Assembly (NCBI GenBank): GCA_963795855.1
Contig: CAWCIZ010000001.1
Location: forward strand, 1 to 64,000
Direction: 5' to 3'
Source: Vulcanimicrobiota bacterium
Lineage (GTDB): Bacteria; Vulcanimicrobiota; Vulcanimicrobiia; Vulcanimicrobiales; Vulcanimicrobiaceae
Length of the DNA stretch: 64,000 nt
The translations under genes were made by a program, and so were the position numbers. Below the pieces are notes generated by a model. That model was not told the DNA's origin, did no database searches, and worked only from the letters and a program-made list of their open reading frames with translations. This document shows, piece after piece, positions 11,802-21,692 of the stretch. How positions within the stretch are numbered: position 1 is the stretch's first letter; each line of letters begins with the position of its first letter.

Positions 11802-11898
11802 TGAAAAATCAGAATCGCCGAGTGCGCGTATCTTTTCCGCGAAGAGAAAACTTAAACGCTTAGGTTAAAAGGGGGCTCTTCTTGGTAAGAAGCGGTGC

Positions 11899-13229
11899 AT
11901 GTACAACGTTGCCGTGTTCGGGTGCGGGTATGTTGGTTTAGTAACCGCCGCCTGTCTGGCGCACTTGGGCAACAGCGTGCGTTGCTATGACAGCGACCTT
12001 ACAAAGATACGCGGTCTTCAACGCAACGAAGTTCCTTTTTACGAGCCGGGGCTTGCGCGGCTGGTGCGCGCACAGCAAGCCGAGAAGCGGTTAAGCTTCA
12101 CCGACAACGCAGCACGCGCACTCGAAGGCGCGGACGTCGTCTTCATCGCCGTCGGTACGCCGACAGGTCCCACCGGAGAAGCCGACCTTACGTATCGTGC
12201 GTCAGGCGGCTCGCGACATCGCCGCGTGCGCGTCGCGGCCCGTCGATCGTCGTGAACAAATCGACGGTGCCGGTCGAAACTGCGGATCTGGTGGAACGGA
12301 TCGTGAACGCCGAAAACGCGCATGCATTTTCCGTTGCGTCGAACCCGGAATTTTTGCGCGAAGGCAATGCCATCGGCGATTTTCTGCATCCCGATCGCGT
12401 GGTCATCGGGTCCGAGGACGGGCATGCGATCGCCATCCTTCAAGATCTGTACGCGCCGCTTGGCGCGCCGATTCTGACTGTCGACGTGCATACCGCAGAG
12501 ATGATCAAATATGCGGCAAATGCGTTTCTCGCGACGAAAATCTCATTCATCAACGAGATTGCCAATCTGTGCGCAGCCGCAAGAGCCGACATCGACGGCG
12601 TGATTGCCGGAATCGGCGCCGACGCGCGCATCGGACGAACGTATCTCGAACCGGGGCTTGGTTTCGGCGGCTCTTGTTTGCCCAAAGACGTCACCGCGCT
12701 CGCGCACGTCGCCCGGCGCCATGCGATCGAGCCGACGATGCTCGAAGCGGCGCTGGCGGTCAACCGGCGTCAAGTGACGCACGCTCTGCATTTAGTAGAA
12801 GAAGCGGTCGGCGATCTGGTCGACAGGCGCGTGAGCGTTGCCGGACTGGCATTCAAAGGCGGAACGGACGATTTGCGTGAATCGCCCGCGCTCGTGCTGG
12901 TGGAAGCACTGCTTACCGCCGGATGCTCGGTTGCGGTACACGATGCGCACGCTTTGCCTCGAGCCAAAGCGGTACTGCGCGATCGCGTTCGTTACTGTAC
13001 CTCGGTTTACGATGCGTGTTCGGACGCGCACGCGTTCGTCGTTGCCAATGACGATCGGTCCTATCGCAAAATCGAGTGGGCGCGCGTCGCGCGTAAGCTC
13101 GCGGCGCCGTACGTCATCGACCTCCGTAATCGGCTGGACCCCGAGGCCGTGCGCGCCGCCGATTTACACTATGCCGGCATTGGCCGGCGCGCGCAACACC
13201 GCGTTGCACAAAAGGAGAGCAGCAAATGA
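11899..13229 (+). CDS. ugd: UDP-glucose/GDP-mannose dehydrogenase (frameshift near 12200)
   Basis: GCGYVGL, IAVGTP, KSTVPV, SNPEFLREG, GFGGSCLPKD. Confidence 0.92.
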
Positions 13230-13954
13230 TGATGACAACCGGCGAAATCCAAACGGGCTCGGCGCGCCCTGTGCTGCACGGAGCGTTTATCGTCACCGGT
13301 GCCGCGTCCGGGCTTGGCCTGGCGATTGCGAAAGCCATAGGCGGCGCAGGCGGCAATCCGATCGGTTTCGACGTGAACGAGCCGCGCGAAGCGCTCGATC
13401 ACGAAAGCGTGGACGTTTCGGACCGCGCGGCGGTCGATCGCGCCGTTGCCTCCGTTGCCGAAAAACACGGCGGTCTCTCGGGCGTCATCGCCAATGCGGG
13501 AATCGACGCGTGCGGGCGTTTTCTCGACGTCCCTGCAGAGGCGTGGGAGCGCGTGATTCGCGTGAACCTCATCGGCACGGCGAATGTCGTGCGCGCGGCG
13601 CTGCCGTACCTGGTTCGAAGCCGGGGACGTGTCGTAACGGTTGCGTCGACTCTTGGATTGCGCGCGGTCAGCGACGCAACCGCGTATTGCGCGAGCAAAT
13701 TCGGCGTGGTTGGGTTCACGCGTGCTTTGGCGACGGAACTCGCCGGTGAAGTACCGGTGACGCTGCTGATCCCCGGCGGGATGAGCACGCACTTTTTCGA
13801 TGGCCGCGATGAGAAGTACAAACCCGGAGCGGACGCAAAACTCAACCGGCCGGAAGACGTCGCGCAAAGCGTCGTGTTCGCGCTCTCGCAGCCGCCCGGC
13901 TGCGAAATTCGGGAGATGCTGGTCTGCCCGTCAACGGAGAGTTCCTGGCCGTAA
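13226..13954 (+). CDS. SDR family oxidoreductase
   Basis: TGAASGLG, NAG, YCASK. Confidence 0.9.
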   Translation: MMMTTGEIQTGSARPVLHGAFIVTGAASGLGLAIAKAIGGAGGNPIGFDVNEPREALDHESVDVSDRAAVDRAVASVAEKHGGLSGVIANAGIDACGRFLDVPAEAWERVIRVNLIGTANVVRAALPYLVRSRGRVVTVASTLGLRAVSDATAYCASKFGVVGFTRALATELAGEVPVTLLIPGGMSTHFFDGRDEKYKPGADAKLNRPEDVAQSVVFALSQPPGCEIREMLVCPSTESSWP

Positions 13955-14938
13955 CATCTGCTCCATCGTGCATTGCCGCGGCTTCTTGTCCGGACGCCAC
14001 CGCAAGAATCGCGCACCGTGCCGAAAGCGCTTGCCCGTTACGCGATCGTACTGAACTTCGACGACGATCTGCGCTTTGACCGGATGCCACTGCGTGTCGC
14101 GCGATCCCCAGCGGCTAACGCCGCCAGGTCGCGCTCCGGTGAATCCCGGCTCGGCGACGATCGGCGTGAGCAGCTCGGCTGCGCGCAGCCGTTCGGCGGT
14201 GGTCATGCTGCCGACGAAACCGACCAAATGCAGCAGACCCGCTTCATCATATAATCCCAGGAGCAGCGAGCCGACCGACTTTCCGTCCTTCGCCAGACGA
14301 AAGCCGCCGACGACGCAGTCAGCGGTATACGATCGCTTGATCTTGACCATCGCATCGCGCTCGCCGAAACGATACGGCATGTCCAGACGCTTGGCCATCA
14401 CGCCGTCGAAATGCGCCGTGCCGCCCTCGAGCCATTCCGTCGCTATCGAAACGTCTTGCGTCGCGGGCGATAGCCCGATTGTGGCGCCGCGCGTAAACTG
14501 CTTTGCCGCGAACGCCTCAAGCGCGCCGCGCCGCTCGTGCAGCGGCGCTGCCGTGAACTCGCGTCTGCCGTCTGCAAGAATGTCGAAGACGGCGAACGAC
14601 GCCGGCGTCTCGAGCGAGAGCCGGCGGATGCGCGAGGCGGCCGGATGAATGCGCTGCAGCAGCGCGTCGAAATCGAGCGCGTCGTCCAGTTCGATGAAAA
14701 TTTCGCCGTCGATCACGAAGCGTGTCGCCGGCACGTTGCGTAACGCATCGACGAGCTCCGGAAAGTACCGTTCGAGTGTTTGGCCGGATTTCGATTGCAT
14801 CGCAACGTCGTTTCCGTCGCGAAAAGCGACGCACCGGAATCCGTCCCACTTCGGTTCGTACAGCCACTCGGCACCGCGCGGAATCTTCGCGACGGTTTTC
14901 GCTTCCATCGGCTCGATCGGCGGCTTAAGCACGCGCAC
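13931..14938 (-). CDS. ligC: ATP-dependent DNA ligase, LigC type
   Basis: YEPKWDGFR, DGEI, DGVMAK, VGSLLLGLY, RFRHGARFLRWRPDK. Confidence 0.9.
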   Translation of the reverse strand: MRVLKPPIEPMEAKTVAKIPRGAEWLYEPKWDGFRCVAFRDGNDVAMQSKSGQTLERYFPELVDALRNVPATRFVIDGEIFIELDDALDFDALLQRIHPAASRIRRLSLETPASFAVFDILADGRREFTAAPLHERRGALEAFAAKQFTRGATIGLSPATQDVSIATEWLEGGTAHFDGVMAKRLDMPYRFGERDAMVKIKRSYTADCVVGGFRLAKDGKSVGSLLLGLYDEAGLLHLVGFVGSMTTAERLRAAELLTPIVAEPGFTGARPGGVSRWGSRDTQWHPVKAQIVVEVQYDRVTGKRFRHGARFLRWRPDKKPRQCTMEQMLRPGTLR

Positions 14939-15857
14939 CAGATAACAGTCGTTCGAGATCGTAGCGGCCGCGCGACTTCGTGAGCGGCGCCCAGAGATCG
15001 CCGATTTTCGCCACGCGCTGACGAACGTTGCGCAGCGTGAAATGGGCTGGTTCTACGTCCGGCACTTCCTCCCAAGTGAGCGGCGTCGACACGCTGGCTT
15101 CGGGCGTCGGACGCACGGAATAGATCGAGGCGAGCGTTGCGCCTAGGCGGTTTTGATTGTAGTCGACCAGCACGCGGTTTCGCGGACGCTTTTCCACCTT
15201 GTATTCCGCGGTCAGGATATCGCGGTGGGCTTTGGCCAGTTCGAACGCGACTTGTTTGGCGAACGCCCAAACGTCGTGCTGTTTGGGCCCGTGCTTGATG
15301 GCGACGTACAGGTGCATACCGTGGCCGCCGGACGTTTTCGGAAAAACCGTCATACCAAGGGTTCGCAGCGCGTCGTGGACGATGAGCGACGCCTCGCGCA
15401 CCGCTTCAAACGGCGCGTGAAACGGATCGAGGTCGAAATGCAGATACTCCGGCTGGTCAGACGTTTCGCAGCGGCCATACCAGGGATTCAAGTCGATGCA
15501 GCCGAGGTTTATGAGCCACAACAGCGTCGCAGTGTCTTGCGTCAACGGAAAGTTTATAACGTTTCCGGAACCGTGCACGATGGCGCACGTTTTGATCCAC
15601 TCCGGCCGCGACGCCGGCGCGCGTTTCATGAAAAAGAAATCGCCGTCGATGCCGTTCGGGTAGCGTTTCATCACCATTGCTTTGTCGCGAATATGCGGAA
15701 GCAAGACCGGAGCGATATCGGCGTAGTACTGAAGCAGGTCGCGTTTTGTGATCCCGAGTTTCGGCCAGAAGACTTTGTTCAGATTCGTCAGCCCAAGTTT
15801 GCGGCCGTCCACCTCGATAGTTGCCGCGTCGGCGCCGGCGGGGATCGTTACGCTCAT
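14925..15857 (-). CDS. LigD-type primase-polymerase domain protein (stand-alone, Prim-PolC-like)
   Basis: LTNLNKVFWP, KRYPNGI, FDLDP, PKTSGGHGMH, VDYNQN, YSVRP, VSTPLTWEE. Confidence 0.9.
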   Translation of the reverse strand: MSVTIPAGADAATIEVDGRKLGLTNLNKVFWPKLGITKRDLLQYYADIAPVLLPHIRDKAMVMKRYPNGIDGDFFFMKRAPASRPEWIKTCAIVHGSGNVINFPLTQDTATLLWLINLGCIDLNPWYGRCETSDQPEYLHFDLDPFHAPFEAVREASLIVHDALRTLGMTVFPKTSGGHGMHLYVAIKHGPKQHDVWAFAKQVAFELAKAHRDILTAEYKVEKRPRNRVLVDYNQNRLGATLASIYSVRPTPEASVSTPLTWEEVPDVEPAHFTLRNVRQRVAKIGDLWAPLTKSRGRYDLERLLSGARA

Positions 15858-16507
15858 GCTGGCGTCGGGGCCAGATAGCGCACGAACCAGTTTTGCGCGA
15901 GCGAGGCAACTTGTTCGAGCGTCCCGGATTCCTCAAACAGATGGCTCGCGCCCGGCACTACGGCGATTTCGCAATGCGCGCCGATTTGCGAGGCGGCTCG
16001 CCGGTTCACGTCCATGACCTGCGGATCGCGTTCACCCACGATGAGCAGCGTCGGCGTTTGCACATCGCGCAGCGCCTCACCGGCGAGATCCGGCCGTCCC
16101 CCGCGTGAAACGACGGCGTCGACGTCGTCCCGTGTGGATGCGGCAAGCAGCGCGGCGCCGGCGCCCGTGCTCGCACCGAAGTAACCGAGCCGAAACGTCT
16201 TTAGGTCATCTTGCGTTCGCGCCCAAGCGGTCGCGAGATCTACGCGTCGCGCGAGGAGCGCGACGTCGAAGCGCAGCGCAGCAGTCCGCCGATCGAGTTC
16301 GTCCTCGGCTTGGCTGAGCAAGTCGAGTAAAAGCGTTGCAAGCCCGCGTGCGTTCAGCGACTCCGCTACGAAATGATTGCGCGGACTATGGCGGCTGCTT
16401 CCGCTACCGTGCGCGAAGAGCACGAGACCGTGCGCGCCGGGCGGAACGTTCAACGTCGCTCCTAAGTGCTTGCCGTCCAAATCGAGGCCGATGGAGCGAT
16501 CGCTCAT
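15854..16507 (-). CDS. dienelactone-hydrolase-like alpha/beta hydrolase
   Basis: FAHGSGSSRHSPRN, GASTG, VSRGGRPDL, ASHLFEE. Confidence 0.88.
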   Translation of the reverse strand: MSDRSIGLDLDGKHLGATLNVPPGAHGLVLFAHGSGSSRHSPRNHFVAESLNARGLATLLLDLLSQAEDELDRRTAALRFDVALLARRVDLATAWARTQDDLKTFRLGYFGASTGAGAALLAASTRDDVDAVVSRGGRPDLAGEALRDVQTPTLLIVGERDPQVMDVNRRAASQIGAHCEIAVVPGASHLFEESGTLEQVASLAQNWFVRYLAPTPA

Positions 16508-17156
16508 GACGCTCCCGCTGCATGCCACGCCTCACGCAGCAGCGCCCGTACTTCATCGTCGTCGACTTGCGCGAAATCGGCATACCACGCTCCAACGCCT
16601 CGAAACGGAAGCGGCATCGCCAGAACGACGAGATCGTCGACGTACCGCTGAAGAATCGAGCACGTATCCGGCGGAGCGACGGGCACCGCAACCGCGATGC
16701 ATTGCGGTTCCAGACGACGTAAAGCGAGGATTGCCGCGTGCATGCTCGCACCCGTCGCCAGCCCGTCATCTACCAAAATCACCGTTCGATCGCCCACGTC
16801 GGGCGAAGTGAGTTCGCCCCGATACGCTTTTTCGCGGCGCTGCAATTCTAGAAGTTCGAGTCTGCGTAATTCGCTCGACGATTTGCGCCGGAACGCCGAG
16901 CGAAGCAATCGTGTCGTCGTTGAGCACGCGAATGCCGCCGGAGGCGATTGCGCCGAGCGCGAGTTCTTCGCGCCCGGGTGCGCCCAGTTTGCGCACGACG
17001 AAAACATCGAGCGGCGCATGAAGTGCCAGCGCGACTTCATAACCTACGGGAACTCCGCCGCGAGGAAGCGCCAGCACGCACGTATCGCCGTCCGCATAAG
17101 CAGCCAATCTAGCAGCCAGTCTGCCGTCCCGCGTCGGTGCGATTTTCGAAGATCAT
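16504..17156 (-). CDS. phosphoribosyltransferase family protein (frameshifted)
   Basis: FENRTDAGR, LALPRGGVPVG, VILVDDGLATG. Confidence 0.88.
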
Positions 17157-17168
17157 CCGGTCAGGATC

Positions 17169-17196
17169 GTTTCCCCAGCGGGCAACGCTGGGAAAC
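17169..17196. promoter_or_regulatory. inverted repeat giving GTTT-N17-GGGAAA on both strands between divergent genes
   Basis: GTTTCCCCAGCG-GGCAA-CGCTGGGAAAC. Confidence 0.45.
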
Positions 17197-17205
17197 TAGA
17201 CGCCT

Positions 17206-17289
17206 ATGGACGAGCAGAAAAAGCCTCCGCACCCCGACGACGATTCAAAGCAGCACCGCGGCGGCCCGCTTCCCGATCAGAAAAAATGA
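17206..17289 (+). CDS. 27-aa hydrophilic small ORF
   Basis: MDEQKKPPHPDDDSKQHRGGPLPDQKK, ATGA overlap with the next gene. Confidence 0.45.
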   Translation: MDEQKKPPHPDDDSKQHRGGPLPDQKK

Positions 17290-17639
17290 GCGTTCTGGAA
17301 GCCTTTGAGGAACATCTGGATGCGATGGCCGAGCGCGACATCGACCGCTTCGCGGCAACGCTCGCGAAAGAAGACGTACGGTTCGTCGGCGCCGATGGCC
17401 TCGTGATTGAAGGACGCGAAAACGTCGTGGCGGCGCACCGTGAATGGTTCATGGACGACCGATGGACGTTTCAACCGGAGATCCTGTGGACGCGCGAAGA
17501 ACCGGGCGCCGCTTGGGTGCTTACGCGCGTAACCTACCGCGAGCCCGATACGACGCGTCAATTCTTGCTGATGTTCCTGTTCGTTCAAGAGCATGGCGAG
17601 TGGCGGCTTGTTTACGATCAAAACACGCCGATTCCCTAA
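17286..17639 (+). CDS. NTF2/SnoaL-like (DUF4440-type) protein
   Basis: EHLDAMAERDIDRF...GRENV...GEWRLVYDQ pattern. Confidence 0.8.
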   Translation: MSVLEAFEEHLDAMAERDIDRFAATLAKEDVRFVGADGLVIEGRENVVAAHREWFMDDRWTFQPEILWTREEPGAAWVLTRVTYREPDTTRQFLLMFLFVQEHGEWRLVYDQNTPIP

Positions 17640-17703
17640 CCGCCTGCAGTTTGGGTATGAACTCTCGAGCACAGTTTATCACGTTAAAAACGAAGGGATT
17701 GAA

Positions 17704-18164
17704 ATGGCGGTAAGCTTTGACACCGGGGAGATCGTTCGCCGCTCACAAGGCATGATCAATCAGGCCGTCGATCGCGGGACCGGCATGCTGGCGGACCGCG
17801 TCGAGCACTACACGAACGTCGCGCGCGAAATCGGCGGAATCTTGCGCGATCGCGGCGAGCCGCAGGCAGCAGATTTAGTGGAAAACGTTGCGGAGCGCGG
17901 TCTCGGCGCCGCGCGGTATTTGCGCAACAACGACACCGCAGCGATTTGGCAAGATGCGCAGGAACTCGCACGCGGCCGCACGTGGCTGCTCGCGGGCGCA
18001 GGTTTCTTGGGCGGCTTGGCGCTTGCGCGCGCAGTGCGCACCGCGGCGGCGGGTAATGAAGAGCGCGACGGAAGCGGGAGGATCTGCCGGCGTACCGCGA
18101 CTCGTATGCGCAGCCGCCGAGTATGACGCAGCAGACCCGCTCGACAACGGGATACGACGTATGA
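17704..18164 (+). CDS. hypothetical protein with C-terminal hydrophobic anchor (ElaB/YqjD-like), 3' end frameshifted
   Basis: ARGRTWLLAGAGFLGGLALAR; first gene of a holin-X/DUF3618-type triad. Confidence 0.6.
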
Positions 18165-18553
18165 ACGAACGCGAATCGTTGGGCGATTCGCTGCGTCATC
18201 TCGGTGCGGATCTCGGCGATCTGTTTCGGGCGGAGCTCGCGCAATTCAAACGTGAGGCGACCACCGAAGCACGCAAGTTCGCAATCGTCGGCATCTGGCT
18301 TGCCGGCGCTGCGGTCATGGGACTCGCATTTTTGGGCGCGTTCACCGCATTTGCGATCATCGTGCTCACGCTGGTATTTCAGCCATGGCTTGCCGCGCTG
18401 ATCATCACGATCGCCTGGGGATTTGCGGCCGTTTCCATGCTTGCCGCAGCGAAAATCAAACTCGACTCGGCGATGCCGATACAACTCGAAACGCCGCGTA
18501 GCGTGAAGGAGGACATAGAATGGATCAAGACCGGAATCAAGTCCCCGAGGTAG
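18161..18553 (+). CDS. phage holin family (holin-X-like) membrane protein
   Basis: SLGDSLRHL..DL..LFRAELAQFKRE, two TM segments, ETPRSVKEDIEWIK. Confidence 0.8.
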   Translation: MNERESLGDSLRHLGADLGDLFRAELAQFKREATTEARKFAIVGIWLAGAAVMGLAFLGAFTAFAIIVLTLVFQPWLAALIITIAWGFAAVSMLAAAKIKLDSAMPIQLETPRSVKEDIEWIKTGIKSPR

Positions 18554-19032
18554 AAGACGCGCGCCGGCGCGTCGCGGAAGATGTACGCAACGTCGCGGAA
18601 AACGCGAACGTCGTGGAGCGCGCAAAAGAAACCGCGCAAAACAAGATGGACGATGTGAAGAGCTCGGTCGGCGACCGGGTGCAGCAGGCGCGCGACAAAT
18701 TGTTGAGTGCGCGCGACCAAGTGCAGGACATGGCCAGCAGCACCACGCGAAACATACGGTTGAATCCGAGCGACAACCCAATCGGTATGCTGATCGCCGG
18801 CGTCGCGGTGGGATTCCTCATCGGGCTCGCGCTGCCGGTGACTCGTTTTGAATCGGAGCGCATCGGTCCGATCGCAAACGACATGAAGGACAAAGCGCGC
18901 CAAGCCGGCAGCGAAGTGGTTCGGCGCGGCGGAGAAGTGATTAAAGAAACGATATCCGCCAGCCGCGATGCCGCAACCAATTCGATTAAGGAACAAACCC
19001 GAGAGATGGGAATGGGCGGCAGTACGGATTAG
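18520..19032 (+). CDS. DUF3618-like protein
   Basis: Helical N-terminus, NPIGMLIAGVAVGFLIGLALPVTRFE. Confidence 0.7.
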   Translation: MDQDRNQVPEVEDARRRVAEDVRNVAENANVVERAKETAQNKMDDVKSSVGDRVQQARDKLLSARDQVQDMASSTTRNIRLNPSDNPIGMLIAGVAVGFLIGLALPVTRFESERIGPIANDMKDKARQAGSEVVRRGGEVIKETISASRDAATNSIKEQTREMGMGGSTD

Positions 19033-19051
19033 CGAAAGAGCAGCGGCGCCG

Positions 19052-19823
19052 TTAGGCGCCGCTCTCATTTTTGAATACGCCGTCGGCGTTTTTGCGAATC
19101 ATCCAGTAGCAGCAGCAGACGAGATGTTCGAGGCGCTCGCGTTCGAGTATCCGAAGGCGTCCGTGCTGCGAACGCACCAGACCTTCGCGCTGGAATTGGG
19201 ATAATGCGAGGGACACTGAGGGACGGCGAATGGCGGCAATCTCGGCGATCTGCTGATGCGTGATTGCGAACTCGGGGCGTCCGCATTCGTCCGCTACCCA
19301 AAGCAGCCACCGCGCCAAGCGCTGATCGATGTTATGCTCCGCATTGCATGCCAGGCGGCACGCCGCGTTCAGCACCGATGCGTTCGCGAAGCGCAGTAGC
19401 AGACGACGCAGCGGCGAATGAATACTCGGTTGGTGATGCTCGAAGGTCTCGACCGGCAGCCGCCATGCCGCCCCAGGTGAAATCACTGTGGCACAGGTGT
19501 TGCCGAGGTCAATACCGAGTACAACGTTCCATTCGAGCACACCGCGGTTTCCGACGGTCAGAACCGACGTCGGACGTTCGGTATCAGTCGTTTCCGTCCA
19601 CGACCATGCGAACAGGTCGATAGGGAAATGAAAGAAGGCAATGGGTTCGCCCGGACGTCCCACGACTTGTTCGCGCTGCAAGAACACACGCCGCATGGAC
19701 GGCGCCAGCCGCTCTACGTCCGCGCTCGGGCAGCGAGTCGAGAATGCGATTCCCGAAGAGCATGCGGTGCTGCTCGGGGGACCGGCGTTCTGCTCGTTCG
19801 TGCGGCATTTGCGGTTCAAGCAT
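19052..19823 (-). CDS. Crp/Fnr family transcriptional regulator (frameshift near the 5' end)
   Basis: NRILDSLP, HNIDQRLARWLL, ITHQQIAEIAAIRRPSVS. Confidence 0.88.
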
Positions 19824-19899
19824 GCCCCACAGGTATACCCCGGTCCAGCCTACGGCAGTAATTCAGCGCTTCCCGGCTAAGTCTGAGCGGTTCGCGCTC

Positions 19900-19983
19900 G
19901 GGATGATGGTGGAATAGGTAGACACAGCAGACTTAAAATTTGCTGCTCGAAAGAGCGTCCGGGTTCGAGTCCCGGTCATCCCA
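19900..19983 (+). tRNA. tRNA-Leu(TAA)
   Basis: GGGATGA/TCATCCC acceptor stem, anticodon arm GCAGA-CTTAAAA-TTTGC, long variable arm, GGTTCGAGTCCC T-arm. Confidence 0.95.
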
Positions 19984-20211
19984 TTACGAATCAGGGCTTT
20001 ATAGCGTTTCGCTCGCGCTAGACGGTGGAACGCCGTAAACCTAACACGTTGGGTTTCCCTAACTGATCAACCGGTCGAAGCGGCGATGACCACTGGACGA
20101 GCCGCGTTTTAGGAAAATCGCAACCATAAGCCAGACATTTATACGCTGAAAGGACCAGCCGGGTATATTTTCCTTAGCAGACTCGCGCGAGAAAGATCGA
20201 GAAAGATCTGA

Positions 20212-21465
20212 ATGCTGCCGCACGTAGTCGCGACCACCGCACTATGCTTTGCGCCAAATAAGGAGGCGCAGGTTGATCGGATCGTGCCGATCCTTGCAGT
20301 TCGCGGTGCACGATCTGCCTTTGCAGATAAAGTGGAAGTCAGAGTTACAGTGGACGCGCGCGGCCAGATGATTCGGGAAGTACTCGCTCATTCGGCCGGC
20401 GACGCGGCCGTGGACCAGGCGGCGATGGCCTGGGCGCGCACCGCCACGTACATGCCAAAAATGATGAACTGCCGCCCTGTTAGCGGCACGTATGACCTGC
20501 AAGCGAACTACGATCCTAAAACGCGTACCTTGCAACGCATTTTTGCCTTTGCATCGCCATCGCCGACATCGTCTGCGCCACCGGCCGAGGAACCACAACA
20601 GTCATTGGGATATGCTCGCTTTTGCAGCCCCTATCAGGGTATGTCAGAAGCGCAATTCGACGCAGCGAAGGCAGCGCTGTTGGCGCGCAATAAAGAGTCG
20701 CTGGAACGCGTAAACGCGCAAGGTTTGGCTCTACCGACGCCGCTGACCGACGCCGAGGTCATCGCGGCCGTCCGTGCCAGCGACACGAACGCGCAAACTG
20801 TCCGCATATTGATTAAAAAATACCAAATGTTCGGTCCCGTCGTCGGAGTGCCGGCCGGCGACGAAAAGTCGGACGCGGTGCAGATTCAGGACGCCAATGG
20901 TTCCACTCGACTTGTGCTCGCGGTATTTTCGAAAAACGAACAATTTCTGCGCTTGCAAACCATTGGCCAAACGGCCCTGGAGCGCCCCTATCAGTTCGCG
21001 CGTTTCATCGCCGCTTACATGCTGCTCAACGACGTACTGGCGAGCGACACGCCTATCCCCCGCCGGGGATGTGCTCGCGCATTTTCAATTCAGCTCGATA
21101 TGCCTGGAATATTACCGGAGATCGACGCGGCGGTGCTCAGCACGCCCGTTAACGATCCACATTCACAAGCCATTGCGTTGCAGGCTTACCGCGACTTCGC
21201 GGACTCCAGACGGGGCCAAACAAACGACCTGACACGGCAGACTCTCAACCGTCTGGGAAGATCACCTCAGATAACCTTCATATACCGGGATCACGACACG
21301 ACGCCATCACATGACCCCGAAGTGGACGTCGTCCGGTTGCAAAACGGAAATGTACGCACATATGCGTCAATGACGATCGACGCAGCCGGAAAAGGTTCCA
21401 TCGGCTGGCCCGCGCTGTGCGTCGTAGGAGACCAACGCTGTGCCGCTTATTACGCATGGCCCTAG
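20212..21465 (+). CDS. TonB C-terminal-like domain fused to an unknown domain
   Basis: VEVRVTVDARG...SAGDAAVDQAAMAWARTATYMP...CRPVSGTY. Confidence 0.65.
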   Translation: MLPHVVATTALCFAPNKEAQVDRIVPILAVRGARSAFADKVEVRVTVDARGQMIREVLAHSAGDAAVDQAAMAWARTATYMPKMMNCRPVSGTYDLQANYDPKTRTLQRIFAFASPSPTSSAPPAEEPQQSLGYARFCSPYQGMSEAQFDAAKAALLARNKESLERVNAQGLALPTPLTDAEVIAAVRASDTNAQTVRILIKKYQMFGPVVGVPAGDEKSDAVQIQDANGSTRLVLAVFSKNEQFLRLQTIGQTALERPYQFARFIAAYMLLNDVLASDTPIPRRGCARAFSIQLDMPGILPEIDAAVLSTPVNDPHSQAIALQAYRDFADSRRGQTNDLTRQTLNRLGRSPQITFIYRDHDTTPSHDPEVDVVRLQNGNVRTYASMTIDAAGKGSIGWPALCVVGDQRCAAYYAWP

Positions 21466-21579
21466 GGTCAATGCAATGACGGTGCCAACGCGCTGACGCA
21501 AGCCGCCCCCTATATTACATACCGGTGACTCCAGGACACTCCACGATGGAAGCGGCTGCGTCCACTTTGGAGTGCGTTT

Positions 21580-21692
21580 GTTTTGAAGGGTTCGGCACGA
21601 GCGAGATCCGCGAGATGAACCAGCTGCGCGATGAAGTCACGCGTCTCAAACGCTTGCATGCCGGTCTCTCGCTGGACAAAGCCATGTTGCAC
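21580..21692 (+). mobile_element. IS3-family transposase OrfA remnant
   Basis: GFGTSEIREMNQLRDEVTRLKRLHAGLSLDKAML matches the IS3 OrfA C-terminal pattern. Confidence 0.7.

Noticed and set aside
18161..18553. Holin as evidence of a prophage
   Set aside because: The holin-X/DUF3618 triad is a chromosomal stress module, and no phage genes are nearby
140..20000. Many frameshifted genes suggesting mass pseudogenisation or programmed frameshifting
   Set aside because: Indels hit unrelated genes, catalytic motifs stay intact and no consistent slippery sites are seen; long-read assembly error is more likely (check by read polishing)
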